Origin: Rozella allomycis CSF55
Taxonomy: Eukaryota
Direction: 5' to 3'
Assembly: GCA_000442015.1 (NCBI GenBank)
Contig: KE561216.1
Location: 1 to 63,870 of the forward strand
DNA: 63,870 bases
The position numbers and the translations under genes are program-made. How positions within the stretch are numbered: the first letter of the stretch is position 1; each line of letters begins with the position of its first letter. Under the pieces are notes generated by a model, which was not told where the DNA came from, did not search any database, and saw only the letters and a program-made list of their open reading frames with translations. Shown here in pieces: positions 13,702 to 25,788 of this stretch.

Positions 13702-14852
13702 ATGACCAGCGAGATTCCCGATACAGCAGAACGAGATCCAGCGTATTTCTCGTATTATGGAATGATTACCCATCAAGTATATTTTACGTCTAGTTGAAAT
13801 AGCAAAACATGCTGCAAGATTATATCAGAACGGGAAGCTACCATACAGCGATCACTACCAACCCTTCAGATTTCAAAGACAAGGTTGTTCTTGATGTTGG
13901 TGCAGGTTCGGGAATTCTGTCGTTTTTCTGCGCACAAGCTGGTGCCAAGAAGGTGTATGCCGTTGAAGCTAGTCCGATGGCAAAGTTGGCGGAAAAGCTG
14001 GTGAAACAGAATGGACTTGAAGATGTGATTACTGTTATCCAGGACAAGGTTGAGAATTTGGAGCTGCCTGAAATGGTGGACGTTATTGTTTCTGAACCGA
14101 TTGGCGTGCTTTTAGTTCATGAGAGAATGATAGAAAGCTTTATTTTTGCAAGAAATAAATTTTTGAAAAGAAATGTGACGGAAGAATGCACATGCCAAAT
14201 GTATCCATCACGAGGATCTATTTGCCTTGCTCCATTTTCTGATGCCCCATTGTATACAGAGCTGATGACTAGATACCGATTTTGGGAGCAAACTGGTTTT
14301 TATGGCGTTGATTTGACCGGTTTGAAGGAAGATGCGTTCCAACATTATTTTGAGCAGCCGATTGTTGGGACATTTGATGCAAGGACGCTGATGGCTAATC
14401 AGGTGAATAAAGACTTTGATTTTCATTGGATAAACGCGGATGATTTAATAGAGTTTGAAATACCGTTTGAATTCAAAATGAATTTTACCGGGGTATGTCA
14501 TGGCATCGCTGGTTGGTTTGATTTAGCGTTTGAAGGGACTGACTTTTATGCGACCCTGTCAACATCGCCTGCACATGAAAGAACACATTGGTATCAAATT
14601 AGGTTTGTATTCTCGAACCCATTAGCTATTAATATTGGTCAAGTTCTTAAAGGAGTGATGAAATTCAAAGTGAACAGCCATCGAAGTTACGTGATAAAGA
14701 CAGAAGCTGAGATTGAAGGAACTTGCGTGAAAATTGATTGTTCTCATAATCTTCATGAGCAGCAATACTCATTTTTGAACCCTACAAATGATATTGACTT
14801 GAAACCAGAATCAATTTGTCTTTATTCGCCACCCACGTTAAACAAAAAATAA
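13702..14852 (+). CDS. CARM1: Protein arginine methyltransferase CARM1/PRMT4 (catalytic core only)
   Basis: YFSYYG...QQNMLQDYIRT, VLDVGAGSGILSFF, IVSEPIG, THWYQ. Confidence 0.92.
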
Positions 14853-14879
14853 ATTATTTTAAAGAATAAATTAATAAAA

Positions 14880-16170
14880 TTACAAAACGTTTAAATGTTT
14901 AATGACTTGTTCGAGAGCGTAATCAAGACTTGTTTCATTTTGAGTTGACGATGTTGAATATTTAAACCTTTCAATGTCATTCACTATTTCAGGTATAGAA
15001 GAAATCATTGAATTTGAATGATAACTTTTTATGCTCTCGTCATCTCTAAAGTTTGTCAAAAATGAATCCAAAATTGGGGGATTGTAATCGGTGCCGATCG
15101 CCTTGTCTTCTTTTCCTGTCGTTTGTATGAATCTGCTTTCTTTTTTCTTCTGATTGGTATGACCCTGGTTGCTGGGTTTACTTTCAGTTTGAGTGGCCAA
15201 CGATTTTCGATTCTTTTGTTCTTCAATTAATTGGTAAAGAGAATACTTAAATCTGTCGTCTTTGGGAAAAGTGGATAGTTTAAAGATGTCGTCTAATTCC
15301 TTTATAGTCTCATTTGAATCCATAGAATCATCTTTCAATTTAATACTGGACTGTCGATGAACAATTGGTTGAACCTCTTTGACTGGAGGTACTTCTGGGA
15401 TGAGAGGCGGTGATGCGCTTGGTGTGGAAGGAATTGTTGTTTTATTGTAATCTATCGGTGGTAAAAAATCTTGTCTAGGAAATGGATCTTGGCCCATAGG
15501 AATTGGTTCAAACACAAAGTCTTCTGGTGGAACTTTCCGATGATCGCGAGTTGAAGCATTTTTTGTTGCCATTACATCGTTATCTATAGACTTGGTTGTT
15601 TCCTTTTCATCTTTATCTATCGATTTGGTAGGTTTAACATTTCTATTAGAACTATTTAAAATGGTTTTCTCCAATTCAGTCACCTAACTTTAATTACCCA
15701 AACCTAACCACACCTTTGCAATAAATAGTTCCTTTAGTTCTTTTATTTCATTCTACATCCCCAAAATAGTTTCTACTTACATTCACAAAATCAAATCCAT
15801 TTTCTTTTCCCTCGCCTTTCTTTCTCGCCTTTTTTATTAGTTTCAAAGTAGTTAAAAGTCTTTCATATCTAATCTTAAATTCTCATCTAAATAGCAGGAA
15901 ACAATTACGTGTGAGCTCATTTTCAAGATTTTCCTTATTCGCTGTCAACTTTAGCAATCCTTCTTTTTCTCTTTCCAATGTTTCCAAAAGTTCTTTGTTT
16001 TTCCGTTCAGAAAGAGCAAGTTCCTTTAGCAACCTGGTAAAATGTGTTTGGTCTATATTGCTTCTGATATTTGGCCTTGAAGGCCTTCTTATATTTGATC
16101 TGTTTTCTTCTATTTGGGCAGCTAATATTTTATCTACAGATTTGTCTCTGAATTCCTTCCAATGAACCAT
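14880..16170 (-). CDS. Hypothetical coiled-coil / proline-rich protein
   Basis: ORFs 15883-16170 and 14880-15683 joinable through short GT..AG introns; no family recognised. Confidence 0.6.
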
Positions 16171-16199
16171 GTTTTGCCCGCCTTTTGTGGCTTAAACTC

Positions 16200-16636
16200 A
16201 TGAAAGACTTTTATAGAGTTTTAAACATTGATTTTGAAGCTGCTACTCACGAAATCAAGAAAGCTTATCAAGAAAGATTATTAAAAGTAAATTTAGCCAT
16301 CTTTTATTACAGATACACCCAGATAAAACCGGAATATACAATGGAACTGTAGCGATGGAAATTGAAGAGTTAAAAGAGGCACTCAGTACCCTATCTGATT
16401 CGAAAAAGCGGCATTTATATAATTCAAAACTTAGAACCTACTACTCGCGGAATGAAGTAATTTACACAACGTTCACAATTGACGAATACGTCAATGATGA
16501 ATCCGTGGGCTATTGCAGATGCAGTGGATCATTCGTTGTTGATGTACCAGACTGCTATGATTTATTTGCATCCGGTCTATCAGAATTAATCGTGCCATGT
16601 GATTCTTGTTCCCTGCACTGTTCCATCCGAAAGTAA
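16200..16636 (+). CDS. DPH4: Diphthamide biosynthesis protein 4 (J-domain + CSL zinc finger)
   Basis: MKDFYRVL...EIKKAY...HPDK; CRCSG and CDSCSL. Confidence 0.9.
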
Positions 16637-16650
16637 ATTTCTGAAATCCA

Positions 16651-17691
16651 ATGTTGGATGCACCGCAGGAAAACACCAATAAGACAACTCAAGTACTTGT
16701 ACAGTGATTAGTTTATAGCCACCAAACAATAATAAACCTCGTTTTGAAAGAAAGTACATTGTTATTCCCAGATGCTATGTCCAGTCTGGCGATGAAGTTC
16801 AGTTTAGTGTCAAACTTCCTCTTATATATTCTGGAATGGTAAATGGGTATGAAATAATTCCATAGTTTCCTTATGAGAATGAGCTGACTGATTTCATTGT
16901 AGAATTGAACTCGGCGCTAAAATTGATTACAAGCGATCACTTTGAAAACGTTATTTATTCTATTTTATCGTTTCTCACATTCCATTTGTCGTCTCTTATC
17001 ATTAATTCAAGAACCGATAGAGTAAAATTGGTGAAGGTGTGCAAACTAGTTCCTGTACCGCATTGATGAAATTGTCAGTCGATGGAATAAAATGTGCTTT
17101 GCTTCCAAAGGATATAAAATCTTAAACCCCAAAATCCATGGCTTTTGCCATCTTGTAATAGAGAAAATGGAAGAAAAGCTGAACAATAGTCAGAGCGGGG
17201 TTCCTAACTTGGTATTTATTATTTTTTTTCGATAATAGCATGATGAAACAAAAGAATTTCCTTTAAGCGTATTAGAAAACCCTCAACATGAAGATAAAAG
17301 AGGTGAAGTAAGTGAGACAGAATTAGAAAAGAAAATCGAAGAAAATGTAGAAAATTTAAATGAGGGCCTTGATACCAATCAAAAAGAAGTATTGCCAAAT
17401 GATCACGATGAAAATGCAAAATGCGAGGAATCTGAAAAGCAGGTCAATTTAGAATTGGATACAATTCATGAAAACCAAAGCAACTTAGATGAGCGTTTAC
17501 AGGTCGATGTAAAAGAAAATGAAGTCAATGTTAATGAGGACAGTCTTTCTCCAGTGCATCAAGTAAACAACACAGACCAAGGCCAAATTGACCTTATCAC
17601 CGAAGAAGTCACGGGACTTTCATACCGTAAGGGTGAAAAAGAAAATGAATATGATTCGAATGTCAAGAATATTTTCGAACAAAACTCCTAA
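16651..17691 (+). CDS. Erf4/Golgin A7-domain protein with acidic C-terminal extension
   Basis: IPRCYVQSGDEVQFSVKLP...ELNSAL...SILSFLTFHLS...GYKILNPKIHGFCHL, assembled through 4 short introns and continuing into ORF 17392-17691. Confidence 0.6.
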
Positions 17692-17867
17692 TAAGAAAAT
17701 AGATGTAGAAAAACGGTTCAAATTAATAAATTGTTTCTCAAGACTCATTATTTAAGAATGCTTGTTGAAACATACTTTATATTGCTCCGGAGATTCAACT
17801 TTCCATCATCTTTATGCTACGACAACTTTTTTTGATATTTCGAATTTGTTATAAATCTGTTATAAAA

Positions 17868-19080
17868 ATGGATGAAAACGATCTTTATCAATTTCGAGAA
17901 GAATGGAAAAAAGAAATCGGCATACAAGAAAATAGTACAACGTCTGTAGCTTCAACCTCGAAAGAGGGCATTCAAGATATCAACAAATCTGAAAAGAGTG
18001 TTCACTGCTATAGAGAGGCTACAATTTTAGAAAGACAAGGAAAACTAAACGAAGGTACAGGGCAAAGATATTTATAATAGCTCTAAAACTTTATAGAACA
18101 GCATTTAAACTCAGTCCAAACGTCGAACAACTAATTAAGGACATGGGCTCTATAAATATAAATGAAGATACTAAAGATATTAAGCCTGAAGTTAAATCAT
18201 ATAGCGAATATTTAAATCTGCAGCAAAAAGCAAAATTTAAGCCTGTTTTAGAAAACGAATTCGCGAAACTAATTGATGAAGTTTGTCAGGAATATTCAGA
18301 GCAAATTTTTCTGCCTGCAGGTAAATATTTTGTTTTAACGAAACAGAAATCATGATTAAAATCTTTCAGGCAATATCCTTGGTCAGTTTGAAGTCCCTGT
18401 GTGATTGCATGCTTGTGTGTAAATCGTGGTTGGTACTTGCTAATGACCAATCAGTTTGGAAAACAATTAGTTCAAAATACCATTCCATGAGAAATATAAA
18501 CGATTCTGACAATTTATCCCCGCTGTTGGAAGAAATGAGGACTTCAAAGGAGGATAACCTAAATGCCGAGTTGGATAATCATGTAACTTCATATATGAAT
18601 TCATTCCGTGTTCTCTTCAAATATAAGCCTAGGGTACGCTTTGATGGAATATATATTTCAGTGATACGGTACATGCGCCAAGGGGAAGCAGAAAATTCGT
18701 GGTATTTGCCTGTACATACAGTTACTTATTTTCGATATCTCCGATTTTTAAAAAATGGGGACGTGCATTCACTTTTAAGTAACCATGAGCCCAGTATTGT
18801 CGTCCCAAAACTCAAAAGCAACACTAAGGTAGATCATCTACTTTCTGGTCGGTGGATCAAAGAAAACGACAAATTACATATCGTTGTTTCTGACCCAAAC
18901 AGTAAGAGAATCGCCGGCTATTGCATGACAATGCAAATACAGTCCTCACATCAGGCATTACATGGAAAGTTAGTATGGGAAGAATATTACACCGTTACAA
19001 AGTCTAATGAAGTAACCCACTACCCATTGAAAATGCTCAAACCTTTTATTTTTTCTAAAGTTAAAAGTTTCGATTACTAG
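17868..19080 (+). CDS. FBXO9: F-box protein FBXO9/Hrt3/Pof7
   Basis: LYQFREEWKKEI, KPRVRFDGIYIS..YMRQG, VHTVTYFRYLRF, FIFSKVKSF. Confidence 0.88.
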
Positions 19081-19123
19081 AGTAGAAAGTATTAAACAGA
19101 CCATTCGTAAATTTCATAAATAA

Positions 19124-19960
19124 ATGTCAAGTAAAGATTCTAATGATTTAAGCTTGATATCTCACAATTATTCGGAACCGTACTTTGTATAATTTTTAGT
19201 TTTAGAAATCACGATATTAATGAACAGTTAAATCTACGTATAGAACACCTCAAGAAGACAAAGCGTATTCTTGAAACTCAGTGGGAAAGTTTGTATTTTA
19301 AACCATGCATGGCAAGTTTAGTATTATACATTACTTTTAGCAACAAGACTCTATATATTTTTGATGAGATCGTAAAAGACATAGTGGCCAACTCGGTTCT
19401 GAATTATGTTCAAGAAGATATGGAAAAGAACTTAACATGCGACAAATGTAATTTAAAGTAACTTTTTCATGGTTTTTAAGACATAGTTGCGGAGAATTCG
19501 GTAATAAAAGATTTTCAAATTTCAATAGCTGAAAAGCCCGGCTATGATGTTTATGGTCAACGATTGTCTATGGACATTACTGAATCGGTGAGTTGTCCTG
19601 TCTGTACCAGACAAGTTGCTGTCACTAGATTTGCACCACATCTGGAGAAATGTATGGGACTGAAAACATCTAGAGTCGCCAGGATAAAAAAGTATTTCAT
19701 GTTGAATTATTTAATAAGACCTGACGGACTTTCATTATCGCAGAAAAATGCCGATGATGGAGATGATGTTCACGAAGATGAAGACTACGATAGTCTTGAG
19801 CAAATGGATCAGGATGATACTTACAGTGAAAGAAAAAGTAAGTTTATTTTAAATGTCCTAACGTTTAGAAAGAAAAAGAGTAATCATTTATTTTAAGCCA
19901 GAAAAAGAATAATACAAACAGGAGAAGGAAGAAAAAGGATGAAGATATTTCCAGTCAAAG
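19124..19960 (+). CDS. SGF11: SAGA deubiquitination module subunit Sgf11/ATXN7L3
   Basis: Zinc finger CPVCTRQVAVTRFAPHLEKCMG; 5' exons and 3' end approximate. Confidence 0.8.
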
Positions 19961-20162
19961 TCAAGCTATTGAATAACTTCTCTTTTTATTAGTTATTACA
20001 TTGAAACAAATTAATAAAAATTCGACACATGCAACAATATATGAAACCATTTCAACATGAAACAATCGTTGATTGGTTGGTTTCATTGGGGGTAGCTTTT
20101 GATTGGTTCCTGAACAATATAAAATGATATATTTGTACCCCTTTCTGCAACAAGTAGCAAAC

Positions 20163-20705
20163 ATGAAAGTCTTTGCAATCCTATCACTTCTTTCTTCTTT
20201 AGCCTTCGCTCACCCACAAGCTCCGGCTGATAACAGCGGCTATCAAGACCTCACAGTAAGTTTCCATGCCGAATATTATGGCACAAGTGCAGTTCCACGA
20301 GCCGTTACTTTACACAATCTACAGTGCACAGATAGATTTGTCGGTCCTGGAGATGGAATTATCAATTCTGAGATCATGTATCAGTACACTGAGGGTTTAG
20401 GATATCATATGCTTGCCTCCGCTAGTCCAAGTTTTACATGTGGGGATTGCCTGGAGTTTAAAAACAAAGCTGATGGCACTAGAGACTGGGGAATGGTCAT
20501 TGACCAAGGTGGCGGTGTTCTCGATCTACATCCAGATCTTTTTGTAAAGGTTGTTCCTGACAGAGGTACTGGCGCCCAACCGTATCCATATTTTGATGCG
20601 CAAGCTGGTCAAAGATTTCTTGGAATTGGAACAGGGACGGTCTTGGTAAGAAAATTACAGCCTGGCGACGAATTGTATAATCAATGCATATTTTACAAAA
20701 AATAA
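20163..20705 (+). CDS. Small secreted barwin/RlpA/expansin-like double-psi beta-barrel protein
   Basis: Signal peptide MKVFAILSLLSSLAFA; CGDCLEFKN..G....MVIDQGGGVLDL matches the CGxCxxV...VDxxxxxLDL pattern; intronless. Confidence 0.7.
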   Translation: MKVFAILSLLSSLAFAHPQAPADNSGYQDLTVSFHAEYYGTSAVPRAVTLHNLQCTDRFVGPGDGIINSEIMYQYTEGLGYHMLASASPSFTCGDCLEFKNKADGTRDWGMVIDQGGGVLDLHPDLFVKVVPDRGTGAQPYPYFDAQAGQRFLGIGTGTVLVRKLQPGDELYNQCIFYKK

Positions 20706-20807
20706 ATGGTAAATTTTGCATTAACATTGATATGTTATTTTTCAAAGAATACATTGAAAGCTCCGGGTTAATTGAGTAAAATTTGAAATTCTTTACATTA
20801 AACTAAT

Positions 20808-22187
20808 TTATACTTTTGATTTACTTGAATCTATCTTCTTGAATACTAGCTTTGAGTTTTCCTGTTCAACAGCAGTTGACATGGTGTGTATCTGACCAAA
20901 CGCATAAAGGTAACGCCTCTGACTAATACAACTAAAGAGTAAAACCATTGTAGTTAAGAATGGAGAGAGGTAAAAGCTGTATACATCTCGTCTGAATTGA
21001 AGCACAATAGAAGGGGTCCAAAGCATTAAATGACATAAAAGCAAAAGACATGGATGCATTGCGGTAAGTGTAATTGTACTTAATACAGCCAATAGTGCAA
21101 TCTTGTGAACATATGCACCATCAGACCTCTCGATTACAAAGTAGTAGGAATAAATAAATAGCAATGAAGCTTCAATAAAATAAAACAAAATAACGAACGC
21201 TTGGATTTTGGTTATTTGATGCAACTTTTGATCACGACATTTTAATTTTTTAGAAATAAAAACCCAAGATCCGTACAACGCAGCGAAAGCAAAAAAGGAG
21301 ATAAATGGATACTGAAAATTATATTTTGATAACCCATTGAAATATAGAAAAGACATTGTAAAGAAAGAAGAAGAAAAGAAGCCATAATTGAAAGGCTCCA
21401 TTAAAGCTTGAGCTTCCCATTGTTTCACTTGATCGTTTTTTACAGAATGCTTGAAACTTATTACTTCTTTAAATGACAATTCCTTGAATTTTGGAACAGT
21501 ATATTTGATCCTTGTAAAAATATGACGCCGATAACAATCAACTAATAATGAATAATATGCTAATCCAATGTTCGCTTCTTCAACCAAATTTAATTGCAAT
21601 CCATAATTTTGATTTGTTAAAAGCAATATAAATCTAACAATGAAAGAAACAGCCAATCCAAGTTTGCATGCCATGTAGGACATATCACACCCTTTGTACA
21701 AATAAAGGGATGCCACAAGCGTTGAAATCACACAAATAGAGCCGTCATGGTAAAAGAATTCTGCGTACAAATGCGGTATAATGCAGCCACTTAAAGAAAA
21801 CACAATCCCCAAACATTCCAACATATCTATAACTTTCATTTTAAAGGCAAAGTGTAGAAATACAGCTGAAAAGTACGCTACAGCCACTGCTATGAGACAA
21901 TACACTCGAACGGAAAATGAAAACGATTCCAAAGGCATACCATCCATGTATACTGAACTGAACATATCGTACCCAATAAATAACATTGCCAAAAACATAA
22001 CAATAAAGAATCGTTTGGACAATTGCACATTATACTTTGCTCTAAAATCACGCTCCTTTTTTGGATCCTTTGCAATAAGTGTGATTACATTTAATTCCAA
22101 ATATTCAGCAGAAGCCACGATATTTTCTCCAAATATCCGCTTGAGTACATACAAGAGGTAAAAGTACAATTGACCAAAAACGCCCAT
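20808..22187 (-). CDS. Intronless multi-pass membrane protein, unknown family
   Basis: 459-aa ORF with roughly 11-12 hydrophobic segments in two clusters. Confidence 0.7.
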   Translation of the reverse strand: MGVFGQLYFYLLYVLKRIFGENIVASAEYLELNVITLIAKDPKKERDFRAKYNVQLSKRFFIVMFLAMLFIGYDMFSSVYMDGMPLESFSFSVRVYCLIAVAVAYFSAVFLHFAFKMKVIDMLECLGIVFSLSGCIIPHLYAEFFYHDGSICVISTLVASLYLYKGCDMSYMACKLGLAVSFIVRFILLLTNQNYGLQLNLVEEANIGLAYYSLLVDCYRRHIFTRIKYTVPKFKELSFKEVISFKHSVKNDQVKQWEAQALMEPFNYGFFSSSFFTMSFLYFNGLSKYNFQYPFISFFAFAALYGSWVFISKKLKCRDQKLHQITKIQAFVILFYFIEASLLFIYSYYFVIERSDGAYVHKIALLAVLSTITLTAMHPCLLLLCHLMLWTPSIVLQFRRDVYSFYLSPFLTTMVLLFSCISQRRYLYAFGQIHTMSTAVEQENSKLVFKKIDSSKSKV

Positions 22188-22331
22188 CGGGAATTAATGT
22201 GGCCCAAAGATAACTATAGCATAAATTAATATAGCAAATAATTGTGTTCAAAAACCCGCAAATAGATATTACTGCAAGTCCAACAAACCAAGTAATCCAA
22301 GCCACGAGAAGACAAGGGTCAAGAAAAAAAC

Positions 22332-23824
22332 ATGAGTAGTGTAGCCGACCAACAACGTTCTTCTGATTTTATGATAAAACCATCTACTGAAAAGCCAGTA
22401 TTAGATACATCGAAATGGCCTCTTTTGCTCAAAGTAGAAATATATTTATTTTGTGATAGAATTATGACAAACTTAATGTTCGCACTTCCCACTATACACC
22501 AATTCCATGTGGACATTCTCCTTTACAACGTCCTTTGAAGGAATATTTGAGGTAAATATTTTATTTTGAAGATAAAAGATATGGAGTTATTAATCTTGAT
22601 AAGCCAGCGAATCCATCTTCACATGAAGTTGTTGCTTGGATTAGAAGAATATTGAAGGTGGAAAAGACTGGACATTCTGGTACTCTTGATCCAAAGGTTA
22701 CAGGGTGTTTGATTGTGTGTATTGACCGTGCAACCAGATTAGTGAAATCACAGCAAAGTGCTGGAAAAGAATACGTCTGTGTTTTGAGATTGCATGATAA
22801 AATTGAGTCTGAAAAGAAATTGTTGAATGCGCTTGAAACTCTTACTGGAGCATTGTTTCAAAGACCTCCATTGATTTCAGCTGTGAAGAGACAATTGAGA
22901 GTTAGAACTATTTATGAATCAAAGCTTATTGAATTTGATAATGAAAGACAATTGGCAGTCTTTTGGGTTTCATGTGAAGCTGGAACTTATATTCGTACAT
23001 TGTGTGTCCATTTAGGATATTTGTTGCAAGTTGGAGGACACATGCAAGAGCTTAGACGTGTTAGATCTGGTGCATCAACTGAAAACGAAGGGATGGTAAC
23101 AATGCATGACGTTTTAGACGCACAATGGGTTTTTGAAAATCAACGTGACGAATCTTACTTGAGAAGAGTTGTTAGACCATTAGAATCATTGCTTGTTGGA
23201 TATAAGAGAATTGTTGTCAAGGATAGTTCCGTTAATGCTATTTGCTATGGAGCTAAATTGATGTTGCCTGGTGTTCTTCGCTATGAATCTGGAATTGAAG
23301 TCAACACTGAAGTTGTTTTGATGACCACTAAAGGTGAAGCTATCGCTCTTGGTATCGCACAAATGACTACTGCTGACATTGTTTGCTGTGATCATGGTGT
23401 TGTTGCAAAGATTAAGAGAGTCATCATGGAAAGAGACACTTACCCACGTAGATGGGGATTAGGTCCTAAAGCTCAATTGAAAAAGTCAATGATTAAAGAT
23501 GGAAAATTAGATAAATATGGACGTCCAAATGAAAAGACTCCAGCTGATTGGAAGAAGAGTTACGTTGATTATCAAAGGTACTAATCATCTATTCAATTAA
23601 AAAGGGATGATAATGAACTCTCCGCTAAGTCAATTGTAGATGAGATTCAACAACAAAAGGCAGCAGAAGAACCTGTTGAGTCAATTGAAGAAAAGCCAGT
23701 TGAAAAGAGAAAGGACTTAACCGACGACGAATCAAAGCCAAAAAAGAAGAAAAAGGATGAAACTGAAGAAGAAAAGGCTGAACGTAAGAAAAAGAAGAAG
23801 GAAAAGAAAGAAAAATCTCAATAA
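22332..23824 (+). CDS. CBF5: H/ACA pseudouridine synthase Cbf5/dyskerin
   Basis: [28 protein letters not shown] domain, K/E-rich tail. Confidence 0.97.
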
Positions 23825-23908
23825 GAAATTTCATAAATTTATTTCACAAATTTACAACTTTTTTGTCACACTTCATTGAAATATTTTTCTTCTATTTACA
23901 TGCATCAT

Positions 23909-24995
23909 CTACTCTAACAATGAATCTTTAATTTCAGATATAAACTCTAATTTCAGTTGCAAAGGTATATGTTTTTCATTAAGCCAATAAAACTTGCCAT
24001 CATGTAGTCTCTGAACATTATATTGAAAAGATAAAACATTGGAAGGTGACTTTCTTATGCCAAATATCGTTGGTTTAAAATCCCTTTCAAAATTTACGTG
24101 GCTTCCATACGTCACCCTCCCAGACACATTTTTGATCATTTCTTTGTTTGGTGAAGATGACAAGGATCCATTCATTTCCAGTTTTTGTTTATCAGATACA
24201 GATTTATTCAATTCTTTGGGCTTTTCTTTGGAATACTCAATCGATATCAAACTCTCGACTTTATGTTTCTTCTTGTCGTTTTCATTTTCTTCTTCCTCTT
24301 CATCAAGAACTCTCTTCTTTAAAATCCCCTTTCTTTCTGTTTCCTTTGTTTGATTTTTTGAAACAACAATCTCTTCAGAAAATGAAACTCTTCGTTTTCG
24401 TTGCAATTTTGAAACTGACACATCATCAATATTTTCTTCCCTCGTATATCCTTTCGTGCTTATTCTTATCTGCTTTTTATNTTCTGATCTGCTTTTTATC
24501 CTTTTCTTCGTTTAATACCGGTGATTCTGTACTAGGGTGAGTTATTCCATCATCCAAATCTTCTTCCTTCAATAAAGGGCCTTCATCCAACAATTCATCA
24601 ATATTTGTTTCAACTGGTTCTTCCTCTTTCATTTGATACATCTCATTAGCATTCCATCCTTGTCCGATCTGTGCCTTTAGCTTCTTCCTACCTTTCCCCT
24701 TCTTTTCCTTTGCCAAGTGCTTCAAATTCTGGCGACCTTCGGTTTTCGCAATGTTCACCCACTCCTCGCCCTTCTCAGCTTTCACCCGTGCCCAAAATTC
24801 TTCCCGTAATTCCGCTGATAGATTTGTAGCGGGCTCCCATGTATCGTCGGCTTCACTATAGCCGTACCAGCGAACTCTGTATTTAAACCCACCATCTTCA
24901 AATTTGTAGTCTACAATTTTATCAACAAAATACTCATCCTCCTCTAATACTTGGATATCTTCGTCAACTTCAGGTGGTGGTGCTGGTTTCGGCAT
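23909..24995 (-). CDS. Chromodomain protein (HP1/Swi6-like layout; frame broken at assembly n 24481)
   Basis: YFVDKIVD...[21 protein letters not shown]; charged linker; possible chromo-shadow-like C-terminus. Confidence 0.7.
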
Positions 24996-25126
24996 AAACT
25001 TTCTTTATGTTCGACAAGGGTTTCTAGAGTTAATATAATTGGCATTCAACTACAACTATAATTAAAATTTTTAAGGGTCTTTGAATTAAATGGAATGTGA
25101 ATTAACAGTTTATTATCGGCTTCACT

Positions 25127-25696
25127 TCACACAGCAAACATGAGTGGAGAATTGTGAAAATGTGGAACTGGGAGAAATGGATCGGCTTGAAGATGTCGTT
25201 CAAAATTATATGCAATGCTATTCTTCAATTCCAAGTCAGATATTTCAGGAAGATGGATTTCAATGCTTTCTGCTTCCTCTTCTTCGTTGTAATATATTTG
25301 CCCTGATTTTGCAAATTCAATGATTGAATCTGGAACAGCTACTGGTGGCTCCAATTCAAAATCTACTAATTATATATAAATCATCAAACCTGTAGTCCTG
25401 CATTTTGGAAAAAATCCCACATCGTCTTCAATGTCGGGTTTACTTGATTTTGATACTTGGATTTGCTTTGTGAATAAAGCATTCTTTTTGATTTTATTGA
25501 TATTGCTTTTTTCCTTGATGCCTGATGAAATTGTCTTTGGAGTGTTAACATTTACAACTCCTAACGCTGATCTGGTACTTTTCACAGGATTGGCGGTCTC
25601 AATCATTTTATTCGAAATAGATTTTGGCATTTGTTTACTAGCCAAACCCTGTTGTAAATTCTCTTTATCCAGAGCACTAGAAAGGTACTCGCTCAT
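25127..25696 (-). CDS. KEN-box/D-box protein, candidate securin
   Basis: DKENL, RSALGVVNVN, PDIEDDVGFFP, acidic C-terminus with LPE; one short intron. Confidence 0.45.
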
Positions 25697-25788
25697 TTCC
25701 AAAATTTCCGCCAAAAATTCATTGAAAAACTTTCGAGAATACGTAAAAGAACTAGAAAAAGTAAACACGTTTATTTAGCTCAAACAAT

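Noticed and set aside
13650..13703. Direct repeat GTAACCCTTGCA.TATTTAAAAT upstream of CARM1
   Set aside because: The copies are separated by a single n, so this is probably a contig-join overlap rather than a real duplication.
18373..18382. ATATCCTT resembling a U12 5' splice site (also near 24446)
   Set aside because: Lies within continuous coding frames with no matching branch point or acceptor.
24470..24490. Frameshift in the chromodomain gene (similarly POL1 at ~48634 and the FAM227-like gene at ~51615)
   Set aside because: Coincides with an n; assembly artefact.
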